A stretch of DNA of 64,000 nucleotides from Nitrospinaceae bacterium (GTDB lineage Bacteria; Nitrospinota; Nitrospinia; Nitrospinales; Nitrospinaceae): contig OZ250172.1 of NCBI GenBank assembly GCA_965237905.1, forward strand, positions 2,304,001-2,368,000. Reading direction: 5' to 3'. The stretch's first letter is position 1. The number at the start of each line of letters is the position of its first letter. This document shows, piece by piece, positions 20,289-30,662 of this stretch. Under the pieces are notes generated by a model. It was not told the DNA's origin, did not search any database, and saw nothing but the letters and a program-made list of their open reading frames with translations. The position numbers and the translations under genes are program-made.

Positions 20289-23200
20289 TGAAACTTGTCG
20301 ATAGCTCCATCCGCAACTACCACACGGTGACAGTGGCCATTGTGATGACCACTGTCCTCGGTATCATTTGTTACAACACCCTGCCGCGACAACTCACCCC
20401 TACCGTAGACAAACCGCTGATCGAAGTGCGGACCGAATACCGTGGGCTTTCGCCCAACGAGGTCGAGCGCAATATCACGCGCCGATTGGAAGAGCAACTG
20501 GAGACGGTGGAGGGTCTCAAGAAAATGACTTCGCGGAGCCAGCATGGTGAAAGCTCCATTACCCTGGAGTTTGAATGGGGCACCGACAAGAAAATCGCCA
20601 CCATCGACGTCAATAACAAACTCCAGCAGGTGAAGGACCTTCCGGTTCTTGCGGACAAGCCCGTACTGAAATCTATCTCCACCGACAACTCCAATCCCAT
20701 CATGTGGGTGATCGTGGAGAAGCCCAACCCGAAGATGCCGGACATCAGCCAAAACTACATGTTCAAAGCAGGGGAGGACTTGATCGTCCCGCTCCTGCAA
20801 CGGGTGGAAGGGGTTTCGGAGGTTTGGCATTTCGGCGGCGAAGACCGGGAGATGCGGGTCGAGTTCGATCCTTACAGCATGGCCCGGCTTCACATCACCT
20901 ACAAGGATGTGATCAAGAAACTTTCCAGTGAAAACCAGAATACCCGCGCCGGGTTTCATGATGAAACGAACCGCGAGTATACCGTTCGTACCCTGGGGGA
21001 GTTCAAGAATCCTGAGGATATTTTAAAAACAGTCATCAAGCGCGACGGTGATAAAACCATCCGGGTGCGCGATTTCTCCAAAGTGGTCGACGGTTACCAG
21101 CGAACCTCGTCACTGGTCCGGATCAACGGCCGGATATCCAACGCGTTCGGCATTATCCGGGAGCAGGGCGCCAATGTGGTCAGCACCTGCAACCTGGCTA
21201 CCGAAGCCATCGAAAAATTAAACCGCGAACTCCTCAGCCGTGGTATTCCGATGCGGCTTAAAATCGTCTACAAGGATGTGGATTACATTGACGAGGCGAT
21301 GTCTCTGGTTAAAACCAATCTGGCCTTGGGCGCGGCCCTGGCGGTTATTGTCCTTCTATTATTTTTGGGATCCGTGCGGTCGGTGTTGATCATCGCAATC
21401 AGCATACCTGTCAGCCTGGTGGCTGTTTTCATTGTTTTGAAATTGCTCGGGCGAAGCATCAACATCATTTCGCTTGCCGGAATGGCTTTTGCCGTAGGCA
21501 TGGTGCTGGAGAATATCTACCGTCATCTCACCCTGAAGAAGGGCGTGTTCAAAGCCGCCTACGATGGCACGGTGGAGGTATGGGGGGCGGTTCTGTCGTC
21601 AACCTTGACCACGCTGGCCGTATTTCTACCGATCGTGTTTATCCAGGAGGAAGCCGGGCAGTTGTTTCAGGATATCGCCATCACCATCAGCGCCAGTATC
21701 GCGCTGTCCCTGCTGGTGTCCATCACCGTGATCCCAACGCTGACCACATTGTTGATCCATCTGCGGCCGGGCGAGACCTACGAGCCGGGTTTTCTGCACC
21801 GCGGACCATTGAGACCTCTAGTTGTTTTTGGAGAGGCGCTGTCCGCAGGTTATTCACGGACCATGAAATATGTTCTGGGGACAGGAGCCGGCCACATGTT
21901 AGTGAAGGTTGGAGTGATAATCGGTATCGCGGGATTGTTGGTGTGGAGCACTTTGATCCTTCCGGAACGGGATTACCTGCCCACTGGCAACAGCAATATG
22001 GTGTTCATGTTCATAGACCCGGTAGCGGGTGTGCCGGTGAGGCAAAACATGAAATACTTCGCCGATTACGAAAAGAAAATGACCCAGATGGAAGATGTGA
22101 GCAACAACTTTCTGGTGTTTTCCAACCGCTTCAACGGCGGCGGGGCGATCATCAAACCCGAACTGGCCCGGGGCCAGGCCGGCGAAGTGAAAATGGCAGT
22201 GAAATCCAAGGAAATGGGAGGACGCATTTTCCAGATACCCGGATACCGGTTCGCTTTTGCTTCGCAACGCCCCATCTTTCGATCTGCCTCCAAAACGTTT
22301 GATATTGAAATTGTCGGGCCGGACATTTCCGAATTGAAACGGATTGCCATGGGCTTAATCAAAGATATCACAGGCAGTGAGGGCGTTCATTCCGTTCGGC
22401 CGGAGTTCAAGTCGGGCAATCCCGAACTGCGTTTCATTCCCCGGCGGTTGAACAACGCTCGCCTCGAAATGGGAGTGCCGGAAATCGGCGACATCATCGA
22501 ATCGTTGAATGCCGGAAAATATCTGGGGGAATTCAATGACCGCGGCGAACCCATCGATTTCGTTCTGGTGCGGGCAGATGCGGAAAAACTGGGCCTGAAC
22601 GATTATAAAAACCTCCCTGTCTGGACCGATGAAAACATGATGACCAACCTGGGTTATCTGGTGGATACCGAAATCGCGTCGGGCCCGGCACGTATTGATC
22701 ATATCGAAAAAGAACGCGCGGCCAAACTGCTGGTCCAGGTGCATAAGTCCTACCCCATGCAGAAGGTGATCCAGCGCGTGGAAGAAGAGTACCTCGTTTC
22801 CGTAAGGCGGAACCTGTCGGAGGAATACGGATTGAGCATCGGTGGCACCGCGGATGACCTGGCATCGACCGAGAAGTCTTTGCTGAATAGTTTTATCTAC
22901 GCGGTCGGATTCATTTATTTATTGCTCGTTGCGTTGTTCAAATCGTTCATGCGACCTTTCATTGTCATGTTGACCGTGGCCCTGGCGGTCTCGGGTTCTT
23001 TCTTCGGTATTGCCGGGAACAATGTTCTGCAAAGAATGAATATCAGAGGCATTCTCGAAGATCTTGAGGTGCCTAATCCCGAAGCCATGCTTCAGGGGTG
23101 GGACTGGATCACATTCGACATTTTGACGCAGTTGGGAATCATCATTCTCGCGGGGATCGTGGTGAACAACGCGATTCTGATCGTGCATCAGATGCTGAAT

Positions 23201-23524
23201 AACATTCGTTCCGGTATGGACGAACGCGAAGCCCTGTTGAAATCCTGCGAAACGCGCCTGCGGCCTATCATGATGACCGTTATTTCCTCAGTGAGCGGTA
23301 TGCTCCCTCTCGCTTTTGGCGAAGGCGCGGGCACGGAATTGTACCGCGGCATGGGCACCGCCCTGATTGGCGGATTGATGTTCTCCACGATCTTTACCTT
23401 ATTCCTCGTGCCCGTTTTAATTTCGCTGATGACCGACCTCGGCCTGCACACCCGCAAAGACGACCTGGTGAAGGAATCTCTAAGCCGGGACGATTTTAAA
23501 ACGGTACCAGGAGCTGGGCAGTGA
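20288..23524 (+). CDS. RND (AcrB/AcrD/AcrF-family) permease; TM4 appears to lack the VDNxIVV segment
   Basis: ITRRLEEQL, SIPVSL, GRSINIISLAG, GIVVNNAIL, RLRPIMMT; start codon overlaps the adaptor stop (TGATG). Confidence 0.93.
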   Translation: MKLVDSSIRNYHTVTVAIVMTTVLGIICYNTLPRQLTPTVDKPLIEVRTEYRGLSPNEVERNITRRLEEQLETVEGLKKMTSRSQHGESSITLEFEWGTDKKIATIDVNNKLQQVKDLPVLADKPVLKSISTDNSNPIMWVIVEKPNPKMPDISQNYMFKAGEDLIVPLLQRVEGVSEVWHFGGEDREMRVEFDPYSMARLHITYKDVIKKLSSENQNTRAGFHDETNREYTVRTLGEFKNPEDILKTVIKRDGDKTIRVRDFSKVVDGYQRTSSLVRINGRISNAFGIIREQGANVVSTCNLATEAIEKLNRELLSRGIPMRLKIVYKDVDYIDEAMSLVKTNLALGAALAVIVLLLFLGSVRSVLIIAISIPVSLVAVFIVLKLLGRSINIISLAGMAFAVGMVLENIYRHLTLKKGVFKAAYDGTVEVWGAVLSSTLTTLAVFLPIVFIQEEAGQLFQDIAITISASIALSLLVSITVIPTLTTLLIHLRPGETYEPGFLHRGPLRPLVVFGEALSAGYSRTMKYVLGTGAGHMLVKVGVIIGIAGLLVWSTLILPERDYLPTGNSNMVFMFIDPVAGVPVRQNMKYFADYEKKMTQMEDVSNNFLVFSNRFNGGGAIIKPELARGQAGEVKMAVKSKEMGGRIFQIPGYRFAFASQRPIFRSASKTFDIEIVGPDISELKRIAMGLIKDITGSEGVHSVRPEFKSGNPELRFIPRRLNNARLEMGVPEIGDIIESLNAGKYLGEFNDRGEPIDFVLVRADAEKLGLNDYKNLPVWTDENMMTNLGYLVDTEIASGPARIDHIEKERAAKLLVQVHKSYPMQKVIQRVEEEYLVSVRRNLSEEYGLSIGGTADDLASTEKSLLNSFIYAVGFIYLLLVALFKSFMRPFIVMLTVALAVSGSFFGIAGNNVLQRMNIRGILEDLEVPNPEAMLQGWDWITFDILTQLGIIILAGIVVNNAILIVHQMLNNIRSGMDEREALLKSCETRLRPIMMTVISSVSGMLPLAFGEGAGTELYRGMGTALIGGLMFSTIFTLFLVPVLISLMTDLGLHTRKDDLVKESLSRDDFKTVPGAGQ

Positions 23525-23528
23525 AAGA

Positions 23529-26300
23529 TTATTTTTCAATGTGGAAGGGCACCTGCCAGGTATCCTGCCGGGGTGCGTACACGATTTTCATGTAACGAGT
23601 CTGCGGCGGCACGCGGACTTCGGCTTGCCACACCACTTTCTTTTCGGAATCGGTCCTTTTGATACGCACATTCCTTTGCTTCAAAGGTTTCCGGGAACCG
23701 TCGAGTGGTAGAAACTGGACCAGCGTTTCGCGTGGTCCTTCGATTTCCATCAGGATCCGGTCCTGGTCGATACCCGTGAACTTGGCTTTCAGTCCGTTGG
23801 CCGCTTCTCCGGCGTTGCCGAGTTCGTTAAGGTCCAGGCGAAACGAATCCAGTTTGCGCGGCAGGCGGATAGTCAGATAACCTTCAAAACCCACCGGAGT
23901 CAAATGTTCGGCATCCGATGCCACCGGACCCGCCTCGATCTGGAATTGCGCTCCCTTCAGGGGCGGCGCATAATTGGAGTCGATCACTAAAAATTTTTCA
24001 CCCTTCGCTGGCAGGGTTTTCTTTTTTGAGGGGGAACCGTCTTGGACGATCACTTTCTCAACCGTCATCTCGGCGGCGGAAAGATTGTGGGTGATGACCC
24101 CTGTATCCTGGGAATGCACCAGAAAAGAACCCGAAACATATTTTCCGGTTTGTTTCCATTTATCCCGCATATAAAGATTTTCACTCATGCAGAAGTAAAA
24201 AGCGCCGGATTTGAATTTGGCATAGCTTCTGGAACACACTTCCCGCTTGGGACTGGAACGCCGCTTTTGCAGAAACGCCCGGCGGGACTGGGTATCAACC
24301 CGGACGTGTTCAAAAAATTGATCCGCCGGGTAAGCGGGGCGTTGGAATGTGAATTGGAAAGGATAAGTTTCCTGGGTAGATTTTCTGGCCAATACGAATT
24401 CCACGGTTTTGGGTTGTCCGCGAAACCGCTTATTCTTACTCATCCCCTGCCCGAGGAAAAGGGAGGATGACGAGGAGCCTGCATTTTGAAGATATTTTCC
24501 CGAGCCGTTCAGGGCGCGGGTCTCGAGCAGGCGGCCCACTTCGCCGCTGGCGGTGAAGTTGACTGCGTTGTCCTTTGTTTCTTTCAATTTGATTCGAACG
24601 CCGCCGGTTTGTACGACTTTATTCTTGAAGGGCATCCGAACGCGTTTCTTGACGATATCCGAAGGCAGTTGAAGCTGTATTTCGCCTTCGATGGATGTAA
24701 TGTCCGACAGCATGATTCCCCGGCGCAGGTGAACGGTTTTGGTTCCCTGAAGAACGTTGAGCGTCAGGTTGGACCACCGGGGTTTGTCCTGAATCAGCTT
24801 TTGAATGACTCGGGTCTTCTTAACGCGCTTCACATCCACATTCCGGAATCCCTTGCGCAGAGCAGCATATTTTGAGTTACGGTCCTTGCCGCAGGGTTCG
24901 TCCAACAACAACTCGCGGCCTCTTGCATCGCGCACGTGGGTGACCCGTAACCAGGCACCGGCTCCTTCGCCCACCTCCGCAAAGGAATTGATTTCTATTT
25001 TTGGAACCGAACTACTTACGACTTCCAGATGCAGATCGATGTTTCCGGTTTGATCCGGGTTGATGGAAATCCCTTTGACCCGGATACCAAAAGGACCGGT
25101 AGTGGCGATGAAACTTTCGCTCGGATTGGCCGTAGCGTCGAATGGATCGAGGTCTTTGGGCTGAAACGAATTTTTATATTGATTGACTTCTTTGAACGGA
25201 ATGGTCTGTTCGCCCGCTTTTTTCCCACCGCTCGAAATGGATATGGACGATGAAATGGAGGAGGCGAGTAAATCCAATCCTTCCTGAAAAACATTTGCGA
25301 TATTTTTGACCAGGGCGTCGTTGATTTTCGCCTTCAAAACCAGTTGCCGATCCGTGGCCTGTAAATCCAGATAGTTCATCAGACTTTTAGCGGTTTTGAA
25401 CTCCGGGGCGATTTCCTTGATGGTTTTCTTTTTCCAGTCCAGAAACTTCCGGCGCTGTTCCTGATTCCATTCCGCGTTTGCGGTTTCTAAAAGCAATTCC
25501 AGGTCGATGCCCTTGGGTTTCCATGTGATCGTGCCGCCGCCGTAAATGCTTGTGACCGGAGCTATTTGCTTTTTCGCGCTGTGAGCAAACATGCGGGCCA
25601 TCCCATTTTGTGAAACATTTTCCAGGTTTTTGGGAACCAGTACCGCGAAGGCGCCAAGTTTCCCTTTTCGGTAATCACGCCATTTGCCAAGATCCTTTTC
25701 CGCCTTTGGCCGGTCCAGGCGTGGCAGGAGCCAGGCGACGGCCTCGGGATCGCCAACAATCAGACGATGATTTTCGACAATCATGAGTTCCGGTGGAGAG
25801 GGTTTGCAGGTTTCTTTATCGACGCGGGACCACAACCAGGCGGTTCGGCCGTTCACTTGTGTTTGTTTGATGTTTTTGTCTTTTTGCCATTCTTGTTCAA
25901 TGGACTCCACTGGAAAGTTTCCAAGTGCTACCTGCACCTGGCCGCCACCCTTGAGGCCGTCGAGGAAACCGCCGAGGATGTAATCTACCGATTCGCCCGG
26001 ATTCGGGGTGGACCGGCGCAGGAAATTGAGAAAAGAATCATCCTCTTTATTTTCCTTACCCGCGGAGGTGGGCAGGGCCAGAGCGTCTCCCTCTCCTATA
26101 AAAACCTTCTCAAGGCGCAGGGCGTAGTCCACGTCGAGATAAAATAATCCTATCAGGTTGGGTCCAGCCAGGGCGTCTTCCAATGCGATCAACTCGGGAG
26201 GAGCGGGTTGGGGATCAACTTTTTTTGCGGGGTTCGCGTATGCCGGAAAGGCAACAGCCAAAGAAAGTGCAAGTACAAAAATTTTAAAAATCCGAAGCAT
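23529..26300 (-). CDS. large exported hypothetical protein with an internal duplicated module
   Basis: Signal peptide MLRIFKIFVLALSLAVAFPAYA; 923 aa open frame; GGAG-like RBS. Confidence 0.75.
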   Translation of the reverse strand: MLRIFKIFVLALSLAVAFPAYANPAKKVDPQPAPPELIALEDALAGPNLIGLFYLDVDYALRLEKVFIGEGDALALPTSAGKENKEDDSFLNFLRRSTPNPGESVDYILGGFLDGLKGGGQVQVALGNFPVESIEQEWQKDKNIKQTQVNGRTAWLWSRVDKETCKPSPPELMIVENHRLIVGDPEAVAWLLPRLDRPKAEKDLGKWRDYRKGKLGAFAVLVPKNLENVSQNGMARMFAHSAKKQIAPVTSIYGGGTITWKPKGIDLELLLETANAEWNQEQRRKFLDWKKKTIKEIAPEFKTAKSLMNYLDLQATDRQLVLKAKINDALVKNIANVFQEGLDLLASSISSSISISSGGKKAGEQTIPFKEVNQYKNSFQPKDLDPFDATANPSESFIATTGPFGIRVKGISINPDQTGNIDLHLEVVSSSVPKIEINSFAEVGEGAGAWLRVTHVRDARGRELLLDEPCGKDRNSKYAALRKGFRNVDVKRVKKTRVIQKLIQDKPRWSNLTLNVLQGTKTVHLRRGIMLSDITSIEGEIQLQLPSDIVKKRVRMPFKNKVVQTGGVRIKLKETKDNAVNFTASGEVGRLLETRALNGSGKYLQNAGSSSSSLFLGQGMSKNKRFRGQPKTVEFVLARKSTQETYPFQFTFQRPAYPADQFFEHVRVDTQSRRAFLQKRRSSPKREVCSRSYAKFKSGAFYFCMSENLYMRDKWKQTGKYVSGSFLVHSQDTGVITHNLSAAEMTVEKVIVQDGSPSKKKTLPAKGEKFLVIDSNYAPPLKGAQFQIEAGPVASDAEHLTPVGFEGYLTIRLPRKLDSFRLDLNELGNAGEAANGLKAKFTGIDQDRILMEIEGPRETLVQFLPLDGSRKPLKQRNVRIKRTDSEKKVVWQAEVRVPPQTRYMKIVYAPRQDTWQVPFHIEK

Positions 26301-26433
26301 GAGTCCGCCTTGAATAGTGGTTGAGTGTATGTTCTCAGTGTAAAGGCAAAGTTTTAGACAGACAAATACTTTGAGAAATTTTATCGGTCAAAAAGATTGG
26401 GAAATGTAAATCTGGTGGGATAAGGAAAGAAGC

Positions 26434-27108
26434 TTATGCCTGATAACCTTTTTTAAGCTCAAGAACTTTTTTCTGATTGTATTCCGGCGTCACGATTCCC
26501 ACTGAAATGATGAACTTAATGCCTTCCTCCACCGACATCGTGAGCTCGATGATTTCCTCGTTGGCCACGAATACCAGGAATCCGGAAGTGGGATTGGGGG
26601 TGGTCGGCACAAATACGTTGACCAGTTTGGCGTCGGTCAACTCCTGCACTTCGCCTTCGGTGTAGCCGGTGATAAATCCTACGGAGTAGATTCCTTTGCG
26701 CGGAAACTCCACCAGAACGACTTTGCGGAAGGCTTTGGTGTCGGCGTGGGCGATGGTGGTCACCACCTGCTTGGCGCCGGTGTAGATGCTTCGCACCACG
26801 GGGATGCGGTCGACGATCATTTCACCGAGTTGGATCAGCTTGGCGCCAAAAATGTTTCGGGTCAATACTCCCACCACGAAGATGAGCAGAATGATCAGAA
26901 GCAAACCCAGGCCAGGCAGGTGGAAGTCTTCCGGAATGGGAGTGCCGATTTTGATCAACCATTTTATGAACCAGGGAACGACCAGATCGTCCAGAATTTT
27001 AAACAGGAAATTGAGGATGAACAGGGTGAAGGCCACCGGAATGGTGATCAGGATTCCCGTGATGAAAATGTTGCGGAGGCGGCGTTTGAGGTTGCTGAAC
27101 ATAGTCAA
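26434..27108 (-). CDS. DUF502 membrane protein
   Basis: RIPVVRSIY, VLVEFPRKG, VFVPTTPNPTSGF, MSVEEGIKFIISVG. Confidence 0.92.
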   Translation of the reverse strand: MTMFSNLKRRLRNIFITGILITIPVAFTLFILNFLFKILDDLVVPWFIKWLIKIGTPIPEDFHLPGLGLLLIILLIFVVGVLTRNIFGAKLIQLGEMIVDRIPVVRSIYTGAKQVVTTIAHADTKAFRKVVLVEFPRKGIYSVGFITGYTEGEVQELTDAKLVNVFVPTTPNPTSGFLVFVANEEIIELTMSVEEGIKFIISVGIVTPEYNQKKVLELKKGYQA

Positions 27109-27334
27109 TTGAGTGGGTGAATTGGATTTAAGGTTTAAGTGTGGCGCGCTATCAGCCGAGCCTCAGGGCCGGGTGAACCGTTGCGGTGGTATCGGCGTAT
27201 CCAATTATTATATAGCGATTTATGGGGAAGGCAAGCTGGAAGGGAAGGGGTGCCGGAGCCTGAAAATTCAATATGAAACGGTAGGGAAATCTGCTAATAT
27301 CGGTAATCTTAGGACGCAAAACGACTGAAAAATT

Positions 27335-27407
<73 letters not shown>

Positions 27408-27501
27408 CTCCTAGCCGGAGGGGCGGCGTATTTAGGCGGCATTAATAGGTCAGCCGAAATGCTCCGCCTCTTTTTTCTTATTTTTCCTCCCTTGTAAAGG
27501 G

Positions 27502-27690
27502 TGCGGCTGGACGCAACGTTGAAAGGCGTTATGTTCAGCCGCTTTTTTTTGCCTAAGGAGGACTTCTGCTCCCCCCTGCAAAGGGGCGTGGCCGCTGGAC
27601 CCAACGCTTAATAGCGTTGCGATCAGGCGGCATTTTTTTGTTTTTTATTTCCTGACTCGGTTTGCCGACCGCTTTTAATTACAGGCTCTA
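27502..27690 (+). repeat. hairpin/terminator block, copy 1
   Basis: TGCGGCTGGACGCAACGTT...AGCGTTGCGATCAGGCGGCATTTTT...GACTCGGTTTGCCG...GGCTCTA, shared with 30371-30520. Confidence 0.75.
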
Positions 27691-29696
27691 TTTAAAAAAA
27701 TTTCTTCGTATAATTTTTTGTATTTTTCAGGAGCCTCTTTAATCTTTGGTTGGTAAACAGAATCAATAATCTTTTTGACATCTTGATCTTCTACTAAGTA
27801 CAAGGCTCGTTGAAAAAAAGAGATCCAATGGGGACTTTCTGTGTCAATGCATTCGAGAAATTCATTTTCATTTTCAACGGTCCATAGAATTTTCTTTATG
27901 GAGTTGTAGGACTTAAATTTTTTGATATAGCGGTTAATTCGGTAATAATCATAAAAACGCTTATCTTTTGTGCGAAGACATTCTTTGATTTCATCCCAGT
28001 AGTTGGGAATGTAACTGTCTGGCAGAGAAAGCTTGTATCCGTAAAGATTGTCGCTATTATCAAAGGGACCTGTTAGGAGTTCCTGATCGATAGCTATCTT
28101 AGCTTTCCTGGCAAATTTTATTTTAAAATCTTCTGGAGCTTTATCCTCATAATAATCAAAAATTTCTTCGAGAAGAGGAAGCAAAAATGTAATATCAAAA
28201 TTCAGCAAGTCGTTGTGGTTTAAATTAAACACTTCAAAATACTTTATGTAGCTTGAAAAGTTACTGAAAGGCCGGTTAGTAATGTAATCTTCAGATACAC
28301 GAAGTTGTTCTTTGGTTGTATTGGTAATATTTAGAATAAGTTTTGTTTCGTTTTGATAAGTGTTATTTGCATATGCTGCTAACATGGATCGATCAAAAAC
28401 TTCAAGATTCTCGGTTTTTTGTAGGTCATATGGGATGGTTAAAGTTTCGGTAGTTTTTAATGGCTCAATATAAACCGAGGATTTATTTTTAACTTGCAAG
28501 GCAATTTGTAAATTTTCTGTGGAGTAGTAGTTGGAGTAATCTGAGTATCCGTCTCTATTCAGTTCAGTAAAAAGAGAAACTGTTTCCCACCCGTTGGGCA
28601 TATCTACTGAAACGGAATCACCGCCAAAAGTATTGAACGCTTCATAAATTTGCTGTGAGTTTACGAGATTAGGCCTGATGGTATCTCCCGCAAGAAGGTA
28701 CTCTTCAGTTTCATACATGGATACTACGAATTTGATAGTGGCATGAGCTATATTTGTGGTGATGCCAACCCCATTAATAGTGAGAATGTATGGGATTGTC
28801 TTTCCATCCAGATTAATTTCAGTAAAAAAAATATAACCAATTGGTGGAGATTTCGTATTTTGATCTTTATAAATCCAGTAGGTGCGAGAGCTGTTTAAAA
28901 TCGGGTAAAAGGGAATGCTCATCAAAGAGCAATCTCCTCCAAGTACCCCTCTAAATATAGCGATGGAATTTGGCACTTCTGTAAAATAGATTTCTCGGGT
29001 CTTTATGCTTTTTTTACTAGTATTGAATATTTTGAAGGTTTCGGCAGCATCTCTTTTAATAAAATTATTTAGAATAGATAAAGTAATATCATTCAGTTGG
29101 CCGAAACCTTTATTGTCTGCCAAAGAAATAAATATAGGTGCTAAGGATTCAGGAAAAAAGTCTCTATAATAATTGTCTAGCTCTTCGATTTCAATATTAT
29201 CAAATTTCGTGGCCAGTTCATCAAGTTTAGAAATATGAGCTGAACCATCAGAATTATAAGTCAATGGTGACAGCTTGATAAGAGCTAAAAATGCCTTTTT
29301 TGTGGCCTTAGTAAGATCAGTCGTGGAACGAGAAAAGATGGTTTTTTTTAACCAAAAAATATCATTTTTGATGCTAGTAAAAGTATCAAGTTCATACTTT
29401 TTTAACAAATCTATTTGGTTTGTGAGTTCACGTTTAAATGTATTTACTAAGTTGTCGTCATAAGAGTAATTAGTATCACTGATGTACTTGATGCCTTTAA
29501 ACTTACTTTCGCTAATGCTTAAGTGAAGGTTCACGGGATCAAGTTCTTCAATGAGCTTTGGTGCAGCCTTTAGAATCGAAAAAAAGTTTCTATTGTACTT
29601 TAGATTTTTTTTAAGCAGGTAAGGATGGAATTTTATAATAGTGGAAATGAGGTCGAAGTGACCTGAGAGGCATTGTAGTGTATTGCGATCATTCAT
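27675..29696 (-). CDS. AT-rich hypothetical protein (islet cargo)
   Basis: 673 aa ORF with AAGGA RBS; no family recognised with confidence; central motif IAIFRGVLGGDCS. Confidence 0.75.
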   Translation of the reverse strand: MNDRNTLQCLSGHFDLISTIIKFHPYLLKKNLKYNRNFFSILKAAPKLIEELDPVNLHLSISESKFKGIKYISDTNYSYDDNLVNTFKRELTNQIDLLKKYELDTFTSIKNDIFWLKKTIFSRSTTDLTKATKKAFLALIKLSPLTYNSDGSAHISKLDELATKFDNIEIEELDNYYRDFFPESLAPIFISLADNKGFGQLNDITLSILNNFIKRDAAETFKIFNTSKKSIKTREIYFTEVPNSIAIFRGVLGGDCSLMSIPFYPILNSSRTYWIYKDQNTKSPPIGYIFFTEINLDGKTIPYILTINGVGITTNIAHATIKFVVSMYETEEYLLAGDTIRPNLVNSQQIYEAFNTFGGDSVSVDMPNGWETVSLFTELNRDGYSDYSNYYSTENLQIALQVKNKSSVYIEPLKTTETLTIPYDLQKTENLEVFDRSMLAAYANNTYQNETKLILNITNTTKEQLRVSEDYITNRPFSNFSSYIKYFEVFNLNHNDLLNFDITFLLPLLEEIFDYYEDKAPEDFKIKFARKAKIAIDQELLTGPFDNSDNLYGYKLSLPDSYIPNYWDEIKECLRTKDKRFYDYYRINRYIKKFKSYNSIKKILWTVENENEFLECIDTESPHWISFFQRALYLVEDQDVKKIIDSVYQPKIKEAPEKYKKLYEEIFLNRACN

Positions 29697-29933
29697 TTAA
29701 ATCCTTATAAATAGACTTTGCAATAATAAAGCTAAAGTTCAACCCTAAAAGGGTATCATTTGTTTAAATCTTAATCGATTTTTTATACAGTTTCTAACCA
29801 GTTGGCACATATTTAATATGGAAGCAAGAAGAGCGTCAATCTAGTGTAAAGGAAGGGCCATGTGTTGAACGCAAAACCCAATAAGAGCAGATTCGGAAAA
29901 TGAGTATGAAGGCTTCTGTGAGTAAGTAGAGAA

Positions 29934-30269
29934 TCATTGAAATGGCCATAAATGTTCTCTAAGTTGTTCCCCATTATTTTTTAAAATCATTGTATTTAAA
30001 AGCCCTGTTAAGGCAGTTGGGTGAATATCCTGCTCATATAGTTCTTTAACAGTTTGAATGGTTCCCAGCTCACCTTTGTGATCTATCGAATTGCCATTGG
30101 CTTTACGCTTCCCATAAGTCCTATGGTGATCTTTATGGAACTTTCCAGGCGTTCTTGCGGCTATTCCATACTTGAGCAAAAGACTTCTGATATGGGTTTT
30201 TGAGCACGAAAACTCCTTGGCAATTTCCCTCATCGAGAGGCGATTTTCGAGGTATTTTTGCTTGAGCAC
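29934..30269 (-). pseudogene. HTH + recombinase-like domain fragment, probably truncated
   Basis: LKQKYLENRLSMREIAKEFSCSKTHIRSLLLKYGI (HTH), then YGKR...DHKGELGTIQTVKELY...LLN, which degenerates before the expected end. Confidence 0.5.
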
Positions 30270-30370
30270 GCCTTCAGATATAGATACAGAAGCTATGTAA
30301 ATATATGATTTTATTGAAAACTTTGGATTAAGCAGGCATTCTGCGCTCTGGTCGGCTCAGCCCACCAACC

Positions 30371-30520
30371 TGCGGCTGGACGCAACGTTCACGGCGTCGG
30401 CTACCGCTACGACCCCTAACTAGCGGGCCTCTAGGCCCAATGTCTGACAGCGTTGCGGTCAGGCGGCATTTTTTCATTTTTCGACTTGGTTTGCCGCCCA
30501 CTTTTTAATACAAGGCTCTA
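30371..30520 (+). repeat. hairpin/terminator block, copy 2
   Basis: Diverged direct repeat of 27502-27690, immediately after the tRNA-end copy. Confidence 0.75.
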
Positions 30521-30553
30521 TGGGGGATGCCCCGTAGGGCCTTGTTTTTTTTT
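30510..30553 (+). terminator. intrinsic terminator-like hairpin
   Basis: ACAAGGCTCTATGGGG-GATG-CCCCGTAGGGCCTTGT followed by a T run. Confidence 0.6.
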
Positions 30554-30662
30554 GGATTTTGCCTTTGGTTCTTAAGGTTTTGTTATTATATTAGTTAAGG
30601 GGCCAGTAAAGCTCGCCGGGACCAGAAATGAAACGTTCTGGAAAGCTGTTTGCGTCTATTTC

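Larger units (their letters stand above)
27408..30367. mobile_element. AT-rich islet/remnant integrated at the tRNA-Ala 3' end
   Basis: Sharp drop in GC; ends at the degenerate tRNA 3' copy CTCAGC-CCACCA (30356-30367); contains an HTH/recombinase-like fragment. Confidence 0.6.

Noticed and set aside
3782..23457. Long antisense ORFs (e.g. 8937-9815, 12164-13096, 14298-15149, 15992-16900, 20129-20959)
   Set aside because: They overlap well-supported genes on the opposite strand and carry no recognisable motifs
27640..27690. GGCAAACC on the minus strand as a c-di-GMP-I riboswitch
   Set aside because: The following GAAA-capped P2 stem and GACGCAAAGC element are not in the right order on the same strand
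27502..30470. Hairpins containing AAC...GTT as integron attC sites
   Set aside because: The AAC-GTT spacing is too short, there are no L boxes and there is no integron integrase
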